Assembly (NCBI GenBank): GCA_024276605.1
Contig: JAJRWX010000023.1
Coordinates: forward strand, 81,538-145,537
Source of the DNA: Planctomycetota bacterium
GTDB taxonomy: Bacteria > Planctomycetota > Phycisphaerae > UBA1845
DNA length: 64,000 nucleotides
Direction: 5' to 3'
Part shown: one piece after another, positions 8,913 through 18,215 of the stretch
How the letters are laid out: every line of letters starts with the position of its first letter
Position numbering within the stretch: position 1 is the first letter of the stretch
Notes under the pieces: generated by a model
Seen by the model: only the letters and a program-made list of their open reading frames with translations
Told to the model about the DNA's origin: nothing
The model's database searches: none
Translations under genes and position numbers: made by a program

Positions 8913-10040
8913 TCACGATACCGAACATTGACTTACAGCCTTCGTAATAAGTTGGATAGCCTGGTCGATTTCCTGTTGTGTCGTGGGATGACCCAAGCTA
9001 AATCGAACACCGCCAAAGGCAATGTCTTCCGGAACATTCATCGCGGCAAGTACGGCGGAGCGTTTTCGATGGGCTGCGTGACAGGCTGCGCCCGTGCTGG
9101 CACAAATGTCCGGGCAGGCACGCAGAATATCCGCACCGATTTTGTGACGAAATCCAACGGCCAGCGTATTGGGCAATCGTTTGGTAGGATGCCCCAGCAA
9201 AACGGCGTCTTCACCAAGCTGTTGACTAAGCCCCTCCCAAAGACGATCACGTAGAGATGCCGTTGACGTGTCCCCAATATACCCTTTCGCCAATTCCGCC
9301 GCCTTACCCAATCCGACGATGGCGGGAACGGCTTCGGTACCGGCGCGGCGACCGTTTTCGTGGCCGGCACCATGATGAAGGGGTTCGAGTTTGATACCAT
9401 CGCGAATGTACAGTGCACCAATACCTTGCGGCGCATATACTTTATGACCGGCGATGGAAAGAAAATCCACGCCAAGCTCACGAACATCCGTCGATAATTT
9501 TCCACAAGTTTGGGCTGCGTCGGTGTGCATCCAAATGCCGCCTTCGTGCGCAATCTCAGATAATTCGGCGATGGGTTGAATCGTGCCCACTTCGTTGTTG
9601 GCGTGCATGATGGAAATGAGAATGGTGTCCGGGCGTACGGCATTGATCACTTCCTGCGGGTCGATCAGACCATGATGATCCACCGGGACATAAGTTATCT
9701 CAAAACCTTCGCCTTCGAGCGACTTACAGGGATTGGTGATAGCCGGATGTTCGATGGCTGAAGTGATAATGTGCTTACCACGCTCGCACAATTTTCTCGC
9801 AACACCCTTGATCACGTAGTTGTTGGATTCCGTACCGCCGGAAGTAAAGAGAATTTCCTCCGGCTTGGCACCGAGCAATGCGGCTACTTGGTTGCGCGCT
9901 ATCGTCACAGCCTCTTTGACCCGTCGGCCAAGGGGATGATCGCTGGAAGCGTTGCCATATAATTCCGTAAGATATGGCCACATAGCATCACGAACAGCAG
10001 GGTCAACCGGGGTTGATGCGTTGTAGTCAAGATAGATCAT
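8913..10040 (-). CDS. cysteine desulfurase, class V aminotransferase (NifS/IscS-like)
   Basis: 375 aa. MIYLDYNASTPVDP; FTSGGTESNN; PLP-lysine SIAGHKVYAPQGIGALY; C-terminal active-site Cys loop CASTGAACH. Confidence 0.85.
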   Translation of the reverse strand: MIYLDYNASTPVDPAVRDAMWPYLTELYGNASSDHPLGRRVKEAVTIARNQVAALLGAKPEEILFTSGGTESNNYVIKGVARKLCERGKHIITSAIEHPAITNPCKSLEGEGFEITYVPVDHHGLIDPQEVINAVRPDTILISIMHANNEVGTIQPIAELSEIAHEGGIWMHTDAAQTCGKLSTDVRELGVDFLSIAGHKVYAPQGIGALYIRDGIKLEPLHHGAGHENGRRAGTEAVPAIVGLGKAAELAKGYIGDTSTASLRDRLWEGLSQQLGEDAVLLGHPTKRLPNTLAVGFRHKIGADILRACPDICASTGAACHAAHRKRSAVLAAMNVPEDIAFGGVRFSLGHPTTQQEIDQAIQLITKAVSQCSVS

Positions 10041-10141
10041 GCTTACTCTCTCCGTATCTATATAAAATGTATAGTTCGTTCATACGTACATCTCATGCAT
10101 TTTCGATAAAAATTTGGTCCGTGGCTCGGCCCACTCTTCGC

Positions 10142-11383
10142 TCAGAATAACTTCGTGTAAATCGTATAGCCAGCCATGCCGGCAAAGAAAACCAGCGTCA
10201 TCACGAGGACCATGTTGGTTAGCCAACCATTGCGATACTTCTTACCGACCCATGCAGTGCGGTTATTCATCAATAGTAACGTAAGCGATAGCAACGGCAT
10301 AAATAGTGACCCGAGTACCGCATAGGACTTTTGTGCCCATTCAACCGAACCCCAAAGTAGCGGTATGGAAACCAAAGCTAAAGCGACTAAATACACACGA
10401 TAGCCGACAGTCTGCGCCAAGTCTTTAGGGATAAGCACATGCGCGGTTCGCCGCTGTTGAAGTGATAGAAAGTCTGCAAATAAGTAAGGCACACTTTGCC
10501 AAACACCGAGCAAACTTGAAAAAACCGCACCCCAAAATCCGATGAGAAATATCCAGCGACCAAACGATCCCAGTGAAAGTGAGAGCTGATCTGCCAGGGT
10601 GATGGCCACCGTTGGTCCTTTGCCTGATAGGGAAACGGTTGATCCGATGATAATCATCGAAATACCGAACAACGCAGTCACGAAGTAACCGAAGGCAAGA
10701 TCGATACGACACATGCGCATGCCTTCCGTACCACTACGATTCTTTTCTCGTATCCAATACCCATAAGAAAGCAGCGTAGCCGTACCGCCAACCCCGCCGA
10801 GGATGCCGAGTAACCAAACCATGCCATCCGGTGGTATGGATGGAACCAACAACCCACGGGCAACAGCTGTCCAATCCGGACGCACCAAAACTGCAGCTGA
10901 GATCACGGTGACGAACATAAGGCCGATGCACAGCGACATGAGCCGTTCAAACAATTTGAATCCACCTGCGAGTACGAGCACCAGACCCAACAACGAATGA
11001 ATGATCCCCCAGATAATTTTGGATGTTTTCAGATCGCCAGTTAACGGAAAAATGCCGGTACCTGCCACACCGCATGCATTTAGTAGTGCTCCGCCGGTTA
11101 ATAGTGACCAGATTAATAGATACCCCAGAAACACCCAGCGAATCCATTGACCGAGTTTATCGACCCACCCCTCCAGCAGCGTTGTCCCCGTAGCCATTTG
11201 CCAACGGGCGATACCCTCGTTGAGGAACCATTTGAGCATCGCGCCGACCCCAGCCGCCCAAAGAATCGACAACCCAACCACCGACCCCCCAAGACTAGCT
11301 GTTAACAAGTCCCCCGCACCAATACCAGTTGCAGCGACTAGGATGCCGGGGCCGAGTAATAATGTCCAAGATGATCGTTTCAC
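10142..11383 (-). CDS. NRAMP-superfamily (COG1914-like) polytopic membrane transporter; substrate uncertain
   Basis: 413 aa with about 11 hydrophobic segments. N-terminal GPGILVAATGIGAGDLLTASLGG resembles the Nramp TM1 region. The canonical DPGN metal-binding motif is not evident, so I do not call it mntH. Confidence 0.55.
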   Translation of the reverse strand: MKRSSWTLLLGPGILVAATGIGAGDLLTASLGGSVVGLSILWAAGVGAMLKWFLNEGIARWQMATGTTLLEGWVDKLGQWIRWVFLGYLLIWSLLTGGALLNACGVAGTGIFPLTGDLKTSKIIWGIIHSLLGLVLVLAGGFKLFERLMSLCIGLMFVTVISAAVLVRPDWTAVARGLLVPSIPPDGMVWLLGILGGVGGTATLLSYGYWIREKNRSGTEGMRMCRIDLAFGYFVTALFGISMIIIGSTVSLSGKGPTVAITLADQLSLSLGSFGRWIFLIGFWGAVFSSLLGVWQSVPYLFADFLSLQQRRTAHVLIPKDLAQTVGYRVYLVALALVSIPLLWGSVEWAQKSYAVLGSLFMPLLSLTLLLMNNRTAWVGKKYRNGWLTNMVLVMTLVFFAGMAGYTIYTKLF

Positions 11384-11576
11384 AAAGGCTTTGCTTTCAC
11401 AACAAAGGTTTCATATTGAGAGTAGCTGTCATTATCGTCGAGATAGACATAAACGAAAACCGGCTATAGTTTGCGATGCGTAGTTGACGACCGTGCATGA
11501 TCTAGTGACCATGACGACAATAGGTCATGAAAAGGTTACTTTGGACATGTAAATCAACATTACAAGGCGTTATGTC

Positions 11577-12779
11577 ATGAAGGTTTTGCTAGCAGATAAA
11601 TTTCAGGCATCCGGGCTAACCATGCTACGCGACATGGGTTGCGAAGTGACTATCGATCCATCGTTACAAGACGATGCGCTGCGCGACGCTGTAGTGAAAA
11701 CACAATGCGCGGTACTCATTGTACGAAGCACAAAGGTAACTAAGCAGGTGATCGAAGCTTCTGATTCTCTCGCGCTGATTGTCCGTGCGGGTGCAGGATA
11801 CAATACGATCGACGTCGAAGCCGCATCGCAACGTAGCATTATGATCGCTAATTGCCCCGGCAAAAACGCGGTGGCCGTAGCCGAACTTACCTTTGCGCTT
11901 ATTCTCGCGCTAGATCGACGACTCGTGGATAACGTCATCGACCTGCGCAAAGGCAAATGGAACAAAAAGGAATATGGTCAGGCACGGGGGTTAAAGGGTC
12001 GCACACTTGGCATTCTCGGGTTAGGACAAATCGGCTTAGCCGTGATTCGACGGGCGCAAGCATTTGGTATGCCCGTTGTCGCATGGAGTCGATCATTAAC
12101 AGAGTCGCAGGCGCAGGAATTGGACATTACCGCAGCCGCGTCACCCGCAGAAGTAGCCGAGCAGTGCGATGTGCTTTCGGTACATGTCGCAGCGACTGAG
12201 CAGACCAAGGGGTTAGTGAGTGACGAAGTGCTCTCAGCTATGAAGCCAGGCGGCTATCTTATCAATACCGCGCGGGCGGATGTGGTCGATTACGACGCCG
12301 CTATCAAGGCGATGAAAGAGCAGGGGCTTCGCGTGGGTTTGGATGTTTACCCCAACGAACCGTCCAGCGGTAAAGACAATTTCTCGAGTCCCATCATGGC
12401 TGTGGAAGGCGTCGTCTACGGTACGCATCATATCGGCGCGTCTACCGAGCAGGCACAAGAAGCCATAGCCGACGAAGCCGTACGTATTGTGCGCGTGTTT
12501 CTCGAAACTGGTAACGTCACCAATTGCGTCAACCTACGCCGACCGCGCACGGGTGGCAGCACGTTACGCGTACGACACCTCAACCGACCGGGCGTACTAT
12601 CGAGTGTCTTGCGGGTGATTAGTGAAGCGAACATTAATGTTGAAGAAATGAACAATGTGATTTGTCAAGGTGGCTACTCCGCCACAGCACAAATCAAGCT
12701 CGAATCCCCTATCGACCAAACCACTATCACCAACGTGCAAAACGCTAATGATCATATTATTTGCGTTAGACAGACATAA
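11577..12779 (+). CDS. serA: D-3-phosphoglycerate dehydrogenase with C-terminal ACT domain
   Basis: 400 aa. D-isomer 2-hydroxyacid dehydrogenase pattern (GILGLGQIGLAV NAD loop; INTARADVVD; GTHHIGAST). The C-terminal ~75 aa (STLRVRHLNRPGVLSSVLRVISEANINVEEM) is ACT-like. Confidence 0.8.
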   Translation: MKVLLADKFQASGLTMLRDMGCEVTIDPSLQDDALRDAVVKTQCAVLIVRSTKVTKQVIEASDSLALIVRAGAGYNTIDVEAASQRSIMIANCPGKNAVAVAELTFALILALDRRLVDNVIDLRKGKWNKKEYGQARGLKGRTLGILGLGQIGLAVIRRAQAFGMPVVAWSRSLTESQAQELDITAAASPAEVAEQCDVLSVHVAATEQTKGLVSDEVLSAMKPGGYLINTARADVVDYDAAIKAMKEQGLRVGLDVYPNEPSSGKDNFSSPIMAVEGVVYGTHHIGASTEQAQEAIADEAVRIVRVFLETGNVTNCVNLRRPRTGGSTLRVRHLNRPGVLSSVLRVISEANINVEEMNNVICQGGYSATAQIKLESPIDQTTITNVQNANDHIICVRQT

Positions 12780-12939
12780 TCTACTACACAGTGCCTTTTC
12801 CAAGCGATGGGCAGCCTATAATTTTTTTTGGACATGATGGAACCGATAATCGAATGAAAATCCCATCACTAAACAATCCGGCCAACTTCCATCCCATTCC
12901 AACTACAACACCGATTCGTCTCTAAGCCAAGGATTTGTG

Positions 12940-13692
12940 ATGCCCGCTAAAACCGTAAAGATCGTCCAGTTGGCTAATCCGACGATCGATCAAGTCTTTG
13001 AAAAATTCCTGGCGGTGCAGCGTGAACGCCTCAAACCCAAGACCATTTCGAAGTACGAGGACGTACTCGATCTACTGCGTCACCATATGAACGGTTACGC
13101 TTACGATACGCTATCACCGGCTGAATCGGCTCTCTTTGACAAGCACTACAACGCTGAAGGTGACGAGTATCGGGAATTCTGTCAGTTATTCGGTCCGGAC
13201 AAGATCATTGAAAACCTGAGTAGCTTCTTTGGGTATTTCATGATTCGAAAAGTCATGGCTGGACAAGACCTCAAACGGGCGGCAGGTACGGTCACGAAGA
13301 AACTCTCGAAGTGGCTAGCCGTGGAGGGTTACGTCTCCGATGCGGATGCTCGGGTAGGCGTGGATGAGGGTACGGAAGCAGCCCGGGATTTACCCAAAGC
13401 GGAACGTGCCACACAGATCCTCGATCATGCCGCCGAAATCCTCGCCATCTATCCGAATGACCTAGCAGACAAAGACTACCTCGAATTCGACCAGTTTACG
13501 ATCAGCAAGATCGAACCCGGAAAGCTCTGGCTTGAAGGCCTCATGAGCAGGGCAAAAAATCCCTATGGACCTGTGCTAGTGCCGGACTCGGCAACCAAGC
13601 TTCTCAGGAATGGGTGGGACATCAGTTGTTCTTTGGGACGCGTGCGAGGCAAGTGGCGGATTATCGAGGTGGCAAACATATACCCACGGTGA
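12940..13692 (+). CDS. hypothetical protein
   Basis: 250-aa ORF with coherent composition. The N-terminus (IDQVFEKFLAVQRERLKPKTISKYEDVLDLLRHHMNGY) faintly recalls SAM-like core-binding domains. No catalytic motif was recognised. Confidence 0.5.
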   Translation: MPAKTVKIVQLANPTIDQVFEKFLAVQRERLKPKTISKYEDVLDLLRHHMNGYAYDTLSPAESALFDKHYNAEGDEYREFCQLFGPDKIIENLSSFFGYFMIRKVMAGQDLKRAAGTVTKKLSKWLAVEGYVSDADARVGVDEGTEAARDLPKAERATQILDHAAEILAIYPNDLADKDYLEFDQFTISKIEPGKLWLEGLMSRAKNPYGPVLVPDSATKLLRNGWDISCSLGRVRGKWRIIEVANIYPR

Positions 13693-13697
13693 GCCTC

Positions 13698-14309
13698 ATG
13701 GCCAAACAGAAGAATCAACGCGTGACAAAGAAACGTTCAGTGAAAAAGGCGTTGGTTCTGGACCGGCTCAGATACGAAGAAGCACAAACTGTTCTTCGGC
13801 GCCTTCTGACCGCACACCCGGAACTTCTATCGGAGACTCGGCAGATCGCCGAATCGCTCCTCAGCGAAGTCAATTTCGAAGGTGTTGCCGACGAGGTGGA
13901 GGAAGCCGTGCGTGACGTGGGCCTGGATGAACTCGGAAGCCGCGCTGGAGAGCACAGCTGGGGATACACCGAGCCCAGCGAAGCAGCGTGGGAGCTTCTG
14001 GAAGAGTGTGTATCACCATTCATCGAGGACATGAAACGCCAGTTTGAACTCGGGCTTGATGCCGAAGCGCTTGAGATATGTAAGGGGGTTGTGCTCGGCC
14101 TGTACCGCGTCCGCAATGATCAAAGTGATGACGTGCTCCAATGGGCACCCGACTTCCCGGTCAATACAGCCGCTCATACCTTGACTATGTGGCATGATGG
14201 CGGCAAAAAGAAGACAGCTGGAGGGAGCCGCCGGAAGCAACGTGTGTTCCCCCCGGACTATGTGATTGAGTTCGTACCCGAGTGGGAGGAACTCATCGAC
14301 CGAGTGTAA
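13698..14309 (+). CDS. hypothetical protein (basic N-terminus, acidic helical body)
   Basis: The ATG at 13698 lies 6 nt after the upstream stop. The track start at 13614 would overlap the previous gene by 79 nt. MAKQKNQRVTKKRSVKK... then EE/DE-rich helices. No family was recognised. Confidence 0.5.
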   Translation: MAKQKNQRVTKKRSVKKALVLDRLRYEEAQTVLRRLLTAHPELLSETRQIAESLLSEVNFEGVADEVEEAVRDVGLDELGSRAGEHSWGYTEPSEAAWELLEECVSPFIEDMKRQFELGLDAEALEICKGVVLGLYRVRNDQSDDVLQWAPDFPVNTAAHTLTMWHDGGKKKTAGGSRRKQRVFPPDYVIEFVPEWEELIDRV

Positions 14310-14565
14310 ACGATCGTTCTCATAGATGACAATTTACACGAATTGAATTTCCTGCTGCGGAGCACCGCCGCCGTGGTCGACTTCTCCGGCTCGAACATTG
14401 GCCAGACGGACCACTACAAGCTACGATGTCTGGGTACCTGAGGCAAAGTGAGTATGATACAGCCCGTATGACGATCGGGGCGAAAAACTGCGAACTTTCA
14501 GCCACTTGGGATCAATGGGATAGTCGACCCCAGGCCTATGTATGCAAACGAGGAGAAAGAAAAAA

Positions 14566-15441
14566 ATGTCGTTGAAGACAAATGAGTTTACTGTGGGCCT
14601 GCTTGCCACATGCATCGGACTGTTGGTTACTACCCCCACCCGGGCCGATCTAGTTGATTATAACAACCCTGGCGATCTGAATACCAATTTCGCGCTCAAC
14701 CACGACGGGGCCGGTAACAGATACGGCGAGGTGAACGTAGGCGGAATTGGGAATAGCGGAGCGGTGAACTCGGCAGGAGCAATCGACGCCGTCCACACCA
14801 CGGCCTTGTACGACCAGCGTAACTTCAGTCTTGCCGGTTCGGGAAACTCCGTCACTCTATCACAATTCGTAATGCGCCAAAACGACGCGGGCTTTCCATT
14901 CGAGTTTTCATTCCAGCAGCTTGGCGTTCTTCAGACCAGTAATGGTAGGTTGGGGACTAACTCCGGCTCGGACTCATACGTCAGTCTACGCGTGATGTCC
15001 GATACCAACGTGAACACGGGAGTGTTCCTCCAAACTGAAGTAAGAGGCTCGGCTGATACATCGAGAACCCAGCAGAATATTACTAACCAATCGGCCAATC
15101 TGGTCGCAGGAAATTGGTACAAGTTCTGGGCCAGTTTTGAAAACATCTCCCCCACACAGGTACTTATCACCGGGGCGTTGGAAGATTGGGGAGCTGATGC
15201 GTCATCGTTTCAATCCACGGTTTTGTCGCTACCCATCTCGAATTCTCAGAGTTTGGTGGACCTGAGTGGCTTGAGCGGTAACACTGTCTTGGGAGACACG
15301 CAAGTATGGGGTGGATGGCGTGGATTCAACGAAGGTGGTGCAGCGTTATTCGACAACTTCTCCGTGGTGCCCGAGCCAACAACGCTTATCCTCATGAGCA
15401 TAGGCGGGTTGATGCTGCTTCGTCGTCGCCGGTCAGCATAG
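14566..15441 (+). CDS. PEP-CTERM sorting-domain secreted protein
   Basis: GAGGAG SD precedes the ATG at 14566. Signal peptide MSLKTNEFTVGLLATCIGLLVTTPTRA. C-terminus VPEPTTLILMSIGGLMLLRRRRSA is the PEP motif, TM helix and Arg cluster. Confidence 0.8.
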   Translation: MSLKTNEFTVGLLATCIGLLVTTPTRADLVDYNNPGDLNTNFALNHDGAGNRYGEVNVGGIGNSGAVNSAGAIDAVHTTALYDQRNFSLAGSGNSVTLSQFVMRQNDAGFPFEFSFQQLGVLQTSNGRLGTNSGSDSYVSLRVMSDTNVNTGVFLQTEVRGSADTSRTQQNITNQSANLVAGNWYKFWASFENISPTQVLITGALEDWGADASSFQSTVLSLPISNSQSLVDLSGLSGNTVLGDTQVWGGWRGFNEGGAALFDNFSVVPEPTTLILMSIGGLMLLRRRRSA

Positions 15442-15503
15442 ATAAAAACAGAGGACATGCCGCATTACCCGGCCCCCCCCAGACATTGGCATGTAGTCAT
15501 ACT

Positions 15504-16997
15504 ATGCAGGAGTTGTGGATGCTAAGCAGACGAACTTTGATATGGATGTGGCTACTGGCCTTCTCAATCTGCATGTACGAGTTGCCACTGGCTCGAGCGG
15601 ACATAAACGACACCACAGCCGACGCCGTGCTCGGTCAACCCGACTTCACATCCAATATGCCGAACTATCCGAATGATTTCCCCACGGCGGGTAACTTAGC
15701 TTTGTCCAACGCGGCTCACACCGCCATCGCCCCGGATGGACGTATCTACGTATCCGACGCGGACAACAACCGTGTGTTGAGTTGGACCAGTGCAATTGGT
15801 TTCACAAACGGCGATCCGGCTGACATGGTCTTAGGGCAACCTGATTTTTTCTCGAACGCCCCAAACAACGGCGGGGTAAGCGCGGGCAGCTTTTTCCTCC
15901 CACAAGGCTTATGGGTCGATGAAAACGGCAACTTGTGGGTGACGGATGCCTTTAACAGCCGCGTCCTGAAATTCGATCACCCACCGACTAACGACACGTT
16001 GGCAGACTTGGTCATCGGCCAGCCGGATTTCACGAGTAACAGTCAGAACCTCGGCAACGGCGATCACGGCACGACCGTAGCCCTTCAGGATAGTTTGCAA
16101 TTCCCGGGTCGAGTCCTCGTGGTCGGTACGGATGTTTACATCGCTGATTCCGGCAATAGCCGAGTGCTTCACTACACCAACCCCACCACGAATAAACCAT
16201 TCGCTGATCTCGTCTTTGGTCAATACGACGATTTCACTTGTCGGGCTAAGAATAACAATAGTTTCTGCAACAATGGTTGTTGTGCCTCGATAGATAACCT
16301 GTTCAACCCCATCGGCATCGCCCTCGACGCATTCGGAAATCTGTATGTGGCGGACTGGGCTAACCACCGGGTGCTACGTTTTGACGATCCACTATCCAAC
16401 GATACCACTGCCGACGCCGTGTTTGGACAACCCGACTTCCTGAGCAACCAATTCGATAACGGTGGACCTTCTTCCGGGCTGCAACTGCCCATCGACCTCC
16501 ATTTCGACTCAGCGGGCAACCTCTACGTGGCTGACTCGCAGAATCATCGGGTGCTCGTCTTTTTCGATCCGTTATATGACCAATCCACGCCGGACCGCGT
16601 GTTCGGACAACTAGACAGCTTCGTATCCGACACCGAGAATCATGGCCTCGGGCCTTTTGCTACCGATGCCGACGGTTTGAACGGATGCACCGGACTAGCC
16701 ATGGATAAGGCGGACAATCTATTTGTATTCGACACGAACAATAACCGGTTGTTGCGTTTCGATGAGGTTTTACAACCGGTGGCACCGGCTGATTTCGAAC
16801 GCGACGGGGACGTCGATCTGATTGACTATCGCCGCCTGGCGGTCTGCATGACCGGCCCGGCGGGACCACCTCCCCGGCCTACTTGTCTGGTAACGGATAT
16901 AAACGGAAACGGTGTTGTAGACCTGCCGGATTTCGCCGTGTTCCAACGGTGCATGAGCGGTGACGGTGTATTGGCTGACGTGAACTGCGTAAACTAA
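15504..16997 (+). CDS. secreted six-bladed NHL-repeat protein with C-terminal dockerin/EF-hand-like repeats
   Basis: Signal peptide after the ATG at 15504 (MQELWMLSRRTLIWMWLLAFSICMYELPLARA). Six repeats of the form YVSDADNNRVLSW / WVTDAFNSRVLKF / YIADSGNSRVLHY / YVADWANHRVLRF / YVADSQNHRVLVF / FVFDTNNNRLLRF. C-terminus DGDVDLIDY...DINGNGVVDLPDF. Confidence 0.8.
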   Translation: MQELWMLSRRTLIWMWLLAFSICMYELPLARADINDTTADAVLGQPDFTSNMPNYPNDFPTAGNLALSNAAHTAIAPDGRIYVSDADNNRVLSWTSAIGFTNGDPADMVLGQPDFFSNAPNNGGVSAGSFFLPQGLWVDENGNLWVTDAFNSRVLKFDHPPTNDTLADLVIGQPDFTSNSQNLGNGDHGTTVALQDSLQFPGRVLVVGTDVYIADSGNSRVLHYTNPTTNKPFADLVFGQYDDFTCRAKNNNSFCNNGCCASIDNLFNPIGIALDAFGNLYVADWANHRVLRFDDPLSNDTTADAVFGQPDFLSNQFDNGGPSSGLQLPIDLHFDSAGNLYVADSQNHRVLVFFDPLYDQSTPDRVFGQLDSFVSDTENHGLGPFATDADGLNGCTGLAMDKADNLFVFDTNNNRLLRFDEVLQPVAPADFERDGDVDLIDYRRLAVCMTGPAGPPPRPTCLVTDINGNGVVDLPDFAVFQRCMSGDGVLADVNCVN

Positions 16998-17013
16998 ACT
17001 GACGGAGCCTGAG

Positions 17014-17958
17014 GTGTTCGAGCGTAGCAGGTGCAGAAACGGTAAGCAGGCGTTTACGCTGATCGAGCTGTTGGTCGTCATATCCATCATCGCGCTGCTA
17101 CTGTCTATCCTGATGCCCAGCTTGCACAAGGCGCGGCGCAGTGCGAAATCGGTGGTCTGCCAAGCGCAGCTCAAGACCTTGATAAGCGCCATCCACACTT
17201 ATGCCGGATTCAATGCAGACTTTGTAGTCCCTTCGTATAACATGCGGGGGGTAACCGGCAGCACGTCCAGACCCTACGACGGCTGGGGGCCGATCCTGGA
17301 TCGGGACAACTACGTGTCGGGCAACGGCGAGCTGACGAACAACCCTTTCGTCTGCCCAGACACTCAGGACATCCCAGGCGTGCCATTCTTTAGGTCCGGC
17401 GCTAAAGCGGGACAGGCCGAGGGATACATGGATTGGCCCGCCATAGTAACCATTTCCGGCAGCTACGCCCGCACCATCCCGCGACGCGGGTTCGATAAAC
17501 TCATCCGCGTGGCCTACTGGATCAACGGCGACAATCCCACCGGCTTGCCGCGTGCATTGCAACAAGGGATTCACTTCACCGGTTCGGTGGGATATGGGCC
17601 TAACTTATCCGGCCAGATCATGAAGCACAATCGCTTCGCCGACTTCAAGCGCCCCGCTCAGCTCGTCGCTTTGGCAGACGGGTTTTACTCAGGGAAACAG
17701 GAGGCCACCCGGGTCATGGACCAGGGTCGGCGGATCGGATATCGTCACCAGCGAAGCGACCTGTACGCCAACGTGGCGTTTGCCGATGGACACGTGAGTG
17801 TCATAAAAGGCGATCGGTTTCCACGAAAACATGATGAAGGTATCTCCCTGGAAGAAGCTCGACGAGACAACCTGGGTGGCGGACCAACACTCTACTCCGA
17901 TCCCAACAGATACCTATCCGAAAAAAAGGTGTCAGGAAGAATTAATCAGCAAGATTAG
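17014..17958 (+). CDS. prepilin-type N-terminal cleavage/methylation domain protein, DUF1559/H-X9-DG-like pseudopilin
   Basis: GTG start with GGAG 7 nt upstream. GKQAFTLIELLVVISIIALLLSILMPSL is the class III signal/methylation motif. The C-terminal RHQRSDLYANVAFADGHV resembles the H-X9-DG motif, here with a longer spacer. Confidence 0.8.
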   Translation: MFERSRCRNGKQAFTLIELLVVISIIALLLSILMPSLHKARRSAKSVVCQAQLKTLISAIHTYAGFNADFVVPSYNMRGVTGSTSRPYDGWGPILDRDNYVSGNGELTNNPFVCPDTQDIPGVPFFRSGAKAGQAEGYMDWPAIVTISGSYARTIPRRGFDKLIRVAYWINGDNPTGLPRALQQGIHFTGSVGYGPNLSGQIMKHNRFADFKRPAQLVALADGFYSGKQEATRVMDQGRRIGYRHQRSDLYANVAFADGHVSVIKGDRFPRKHDEGISLEEARRDNLGGGPTLYSDPNRYLSEKKVSGRINQQD

Positions 17959-18122
17959 CCTATGCCGCGGGCGGTCATGTGACGAGTATGGTCAGAACAC
18001 TCACGATGTATATCGGGATAAACCTGGTAATATGTTGGCGCTGGCGGTCCGGTTGACACACGGTGGTCCGCAGGCTTGCGCCGTGCGGCTTTGATTTGAT
18101 TATCCCGGTGGTTGCGGGTACC

Positions 18123-18185
18123 AATAGTTGAGGCAGGTCAACCTTTCGCCAATTGGCATTGGCAAAAGAACGATCTGCCCTACCT
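18123..18185. repeat. copy 1 of a ~64-nt hairpin-containing intergenic repeat
   Basis: AATAGTTGAGGCAGGTCAACCTTTCGCCAATTGGCATTGGCAAAAGAACGATCTGCCCTACCT aligns with 36336-36399 at about 53/64 by hand. It contains an 11-bp stem (CTTTCGCCAAT / ATTGGCAAAAG) flanked by CAGGTC / GATCTG. Confidence 0.6.
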
Positions 18186-18215
18186 AGCTGCGTCTGTTTC
18201 AACAGGAGTGCAACT

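Noticed and set aside
11384-11576. Possible yybP-ykoY (Mn) riboswitch upstream of the NRAMP-like transporter; a GAGAGTAGC string resembles the conserved GGGGAGUAGC.
   Set aside because: The string is on the + strand, whereas the transporter is on the - strand. The rest of the four-helix consensus is not visible. It would need an Infernal scan to revisit.
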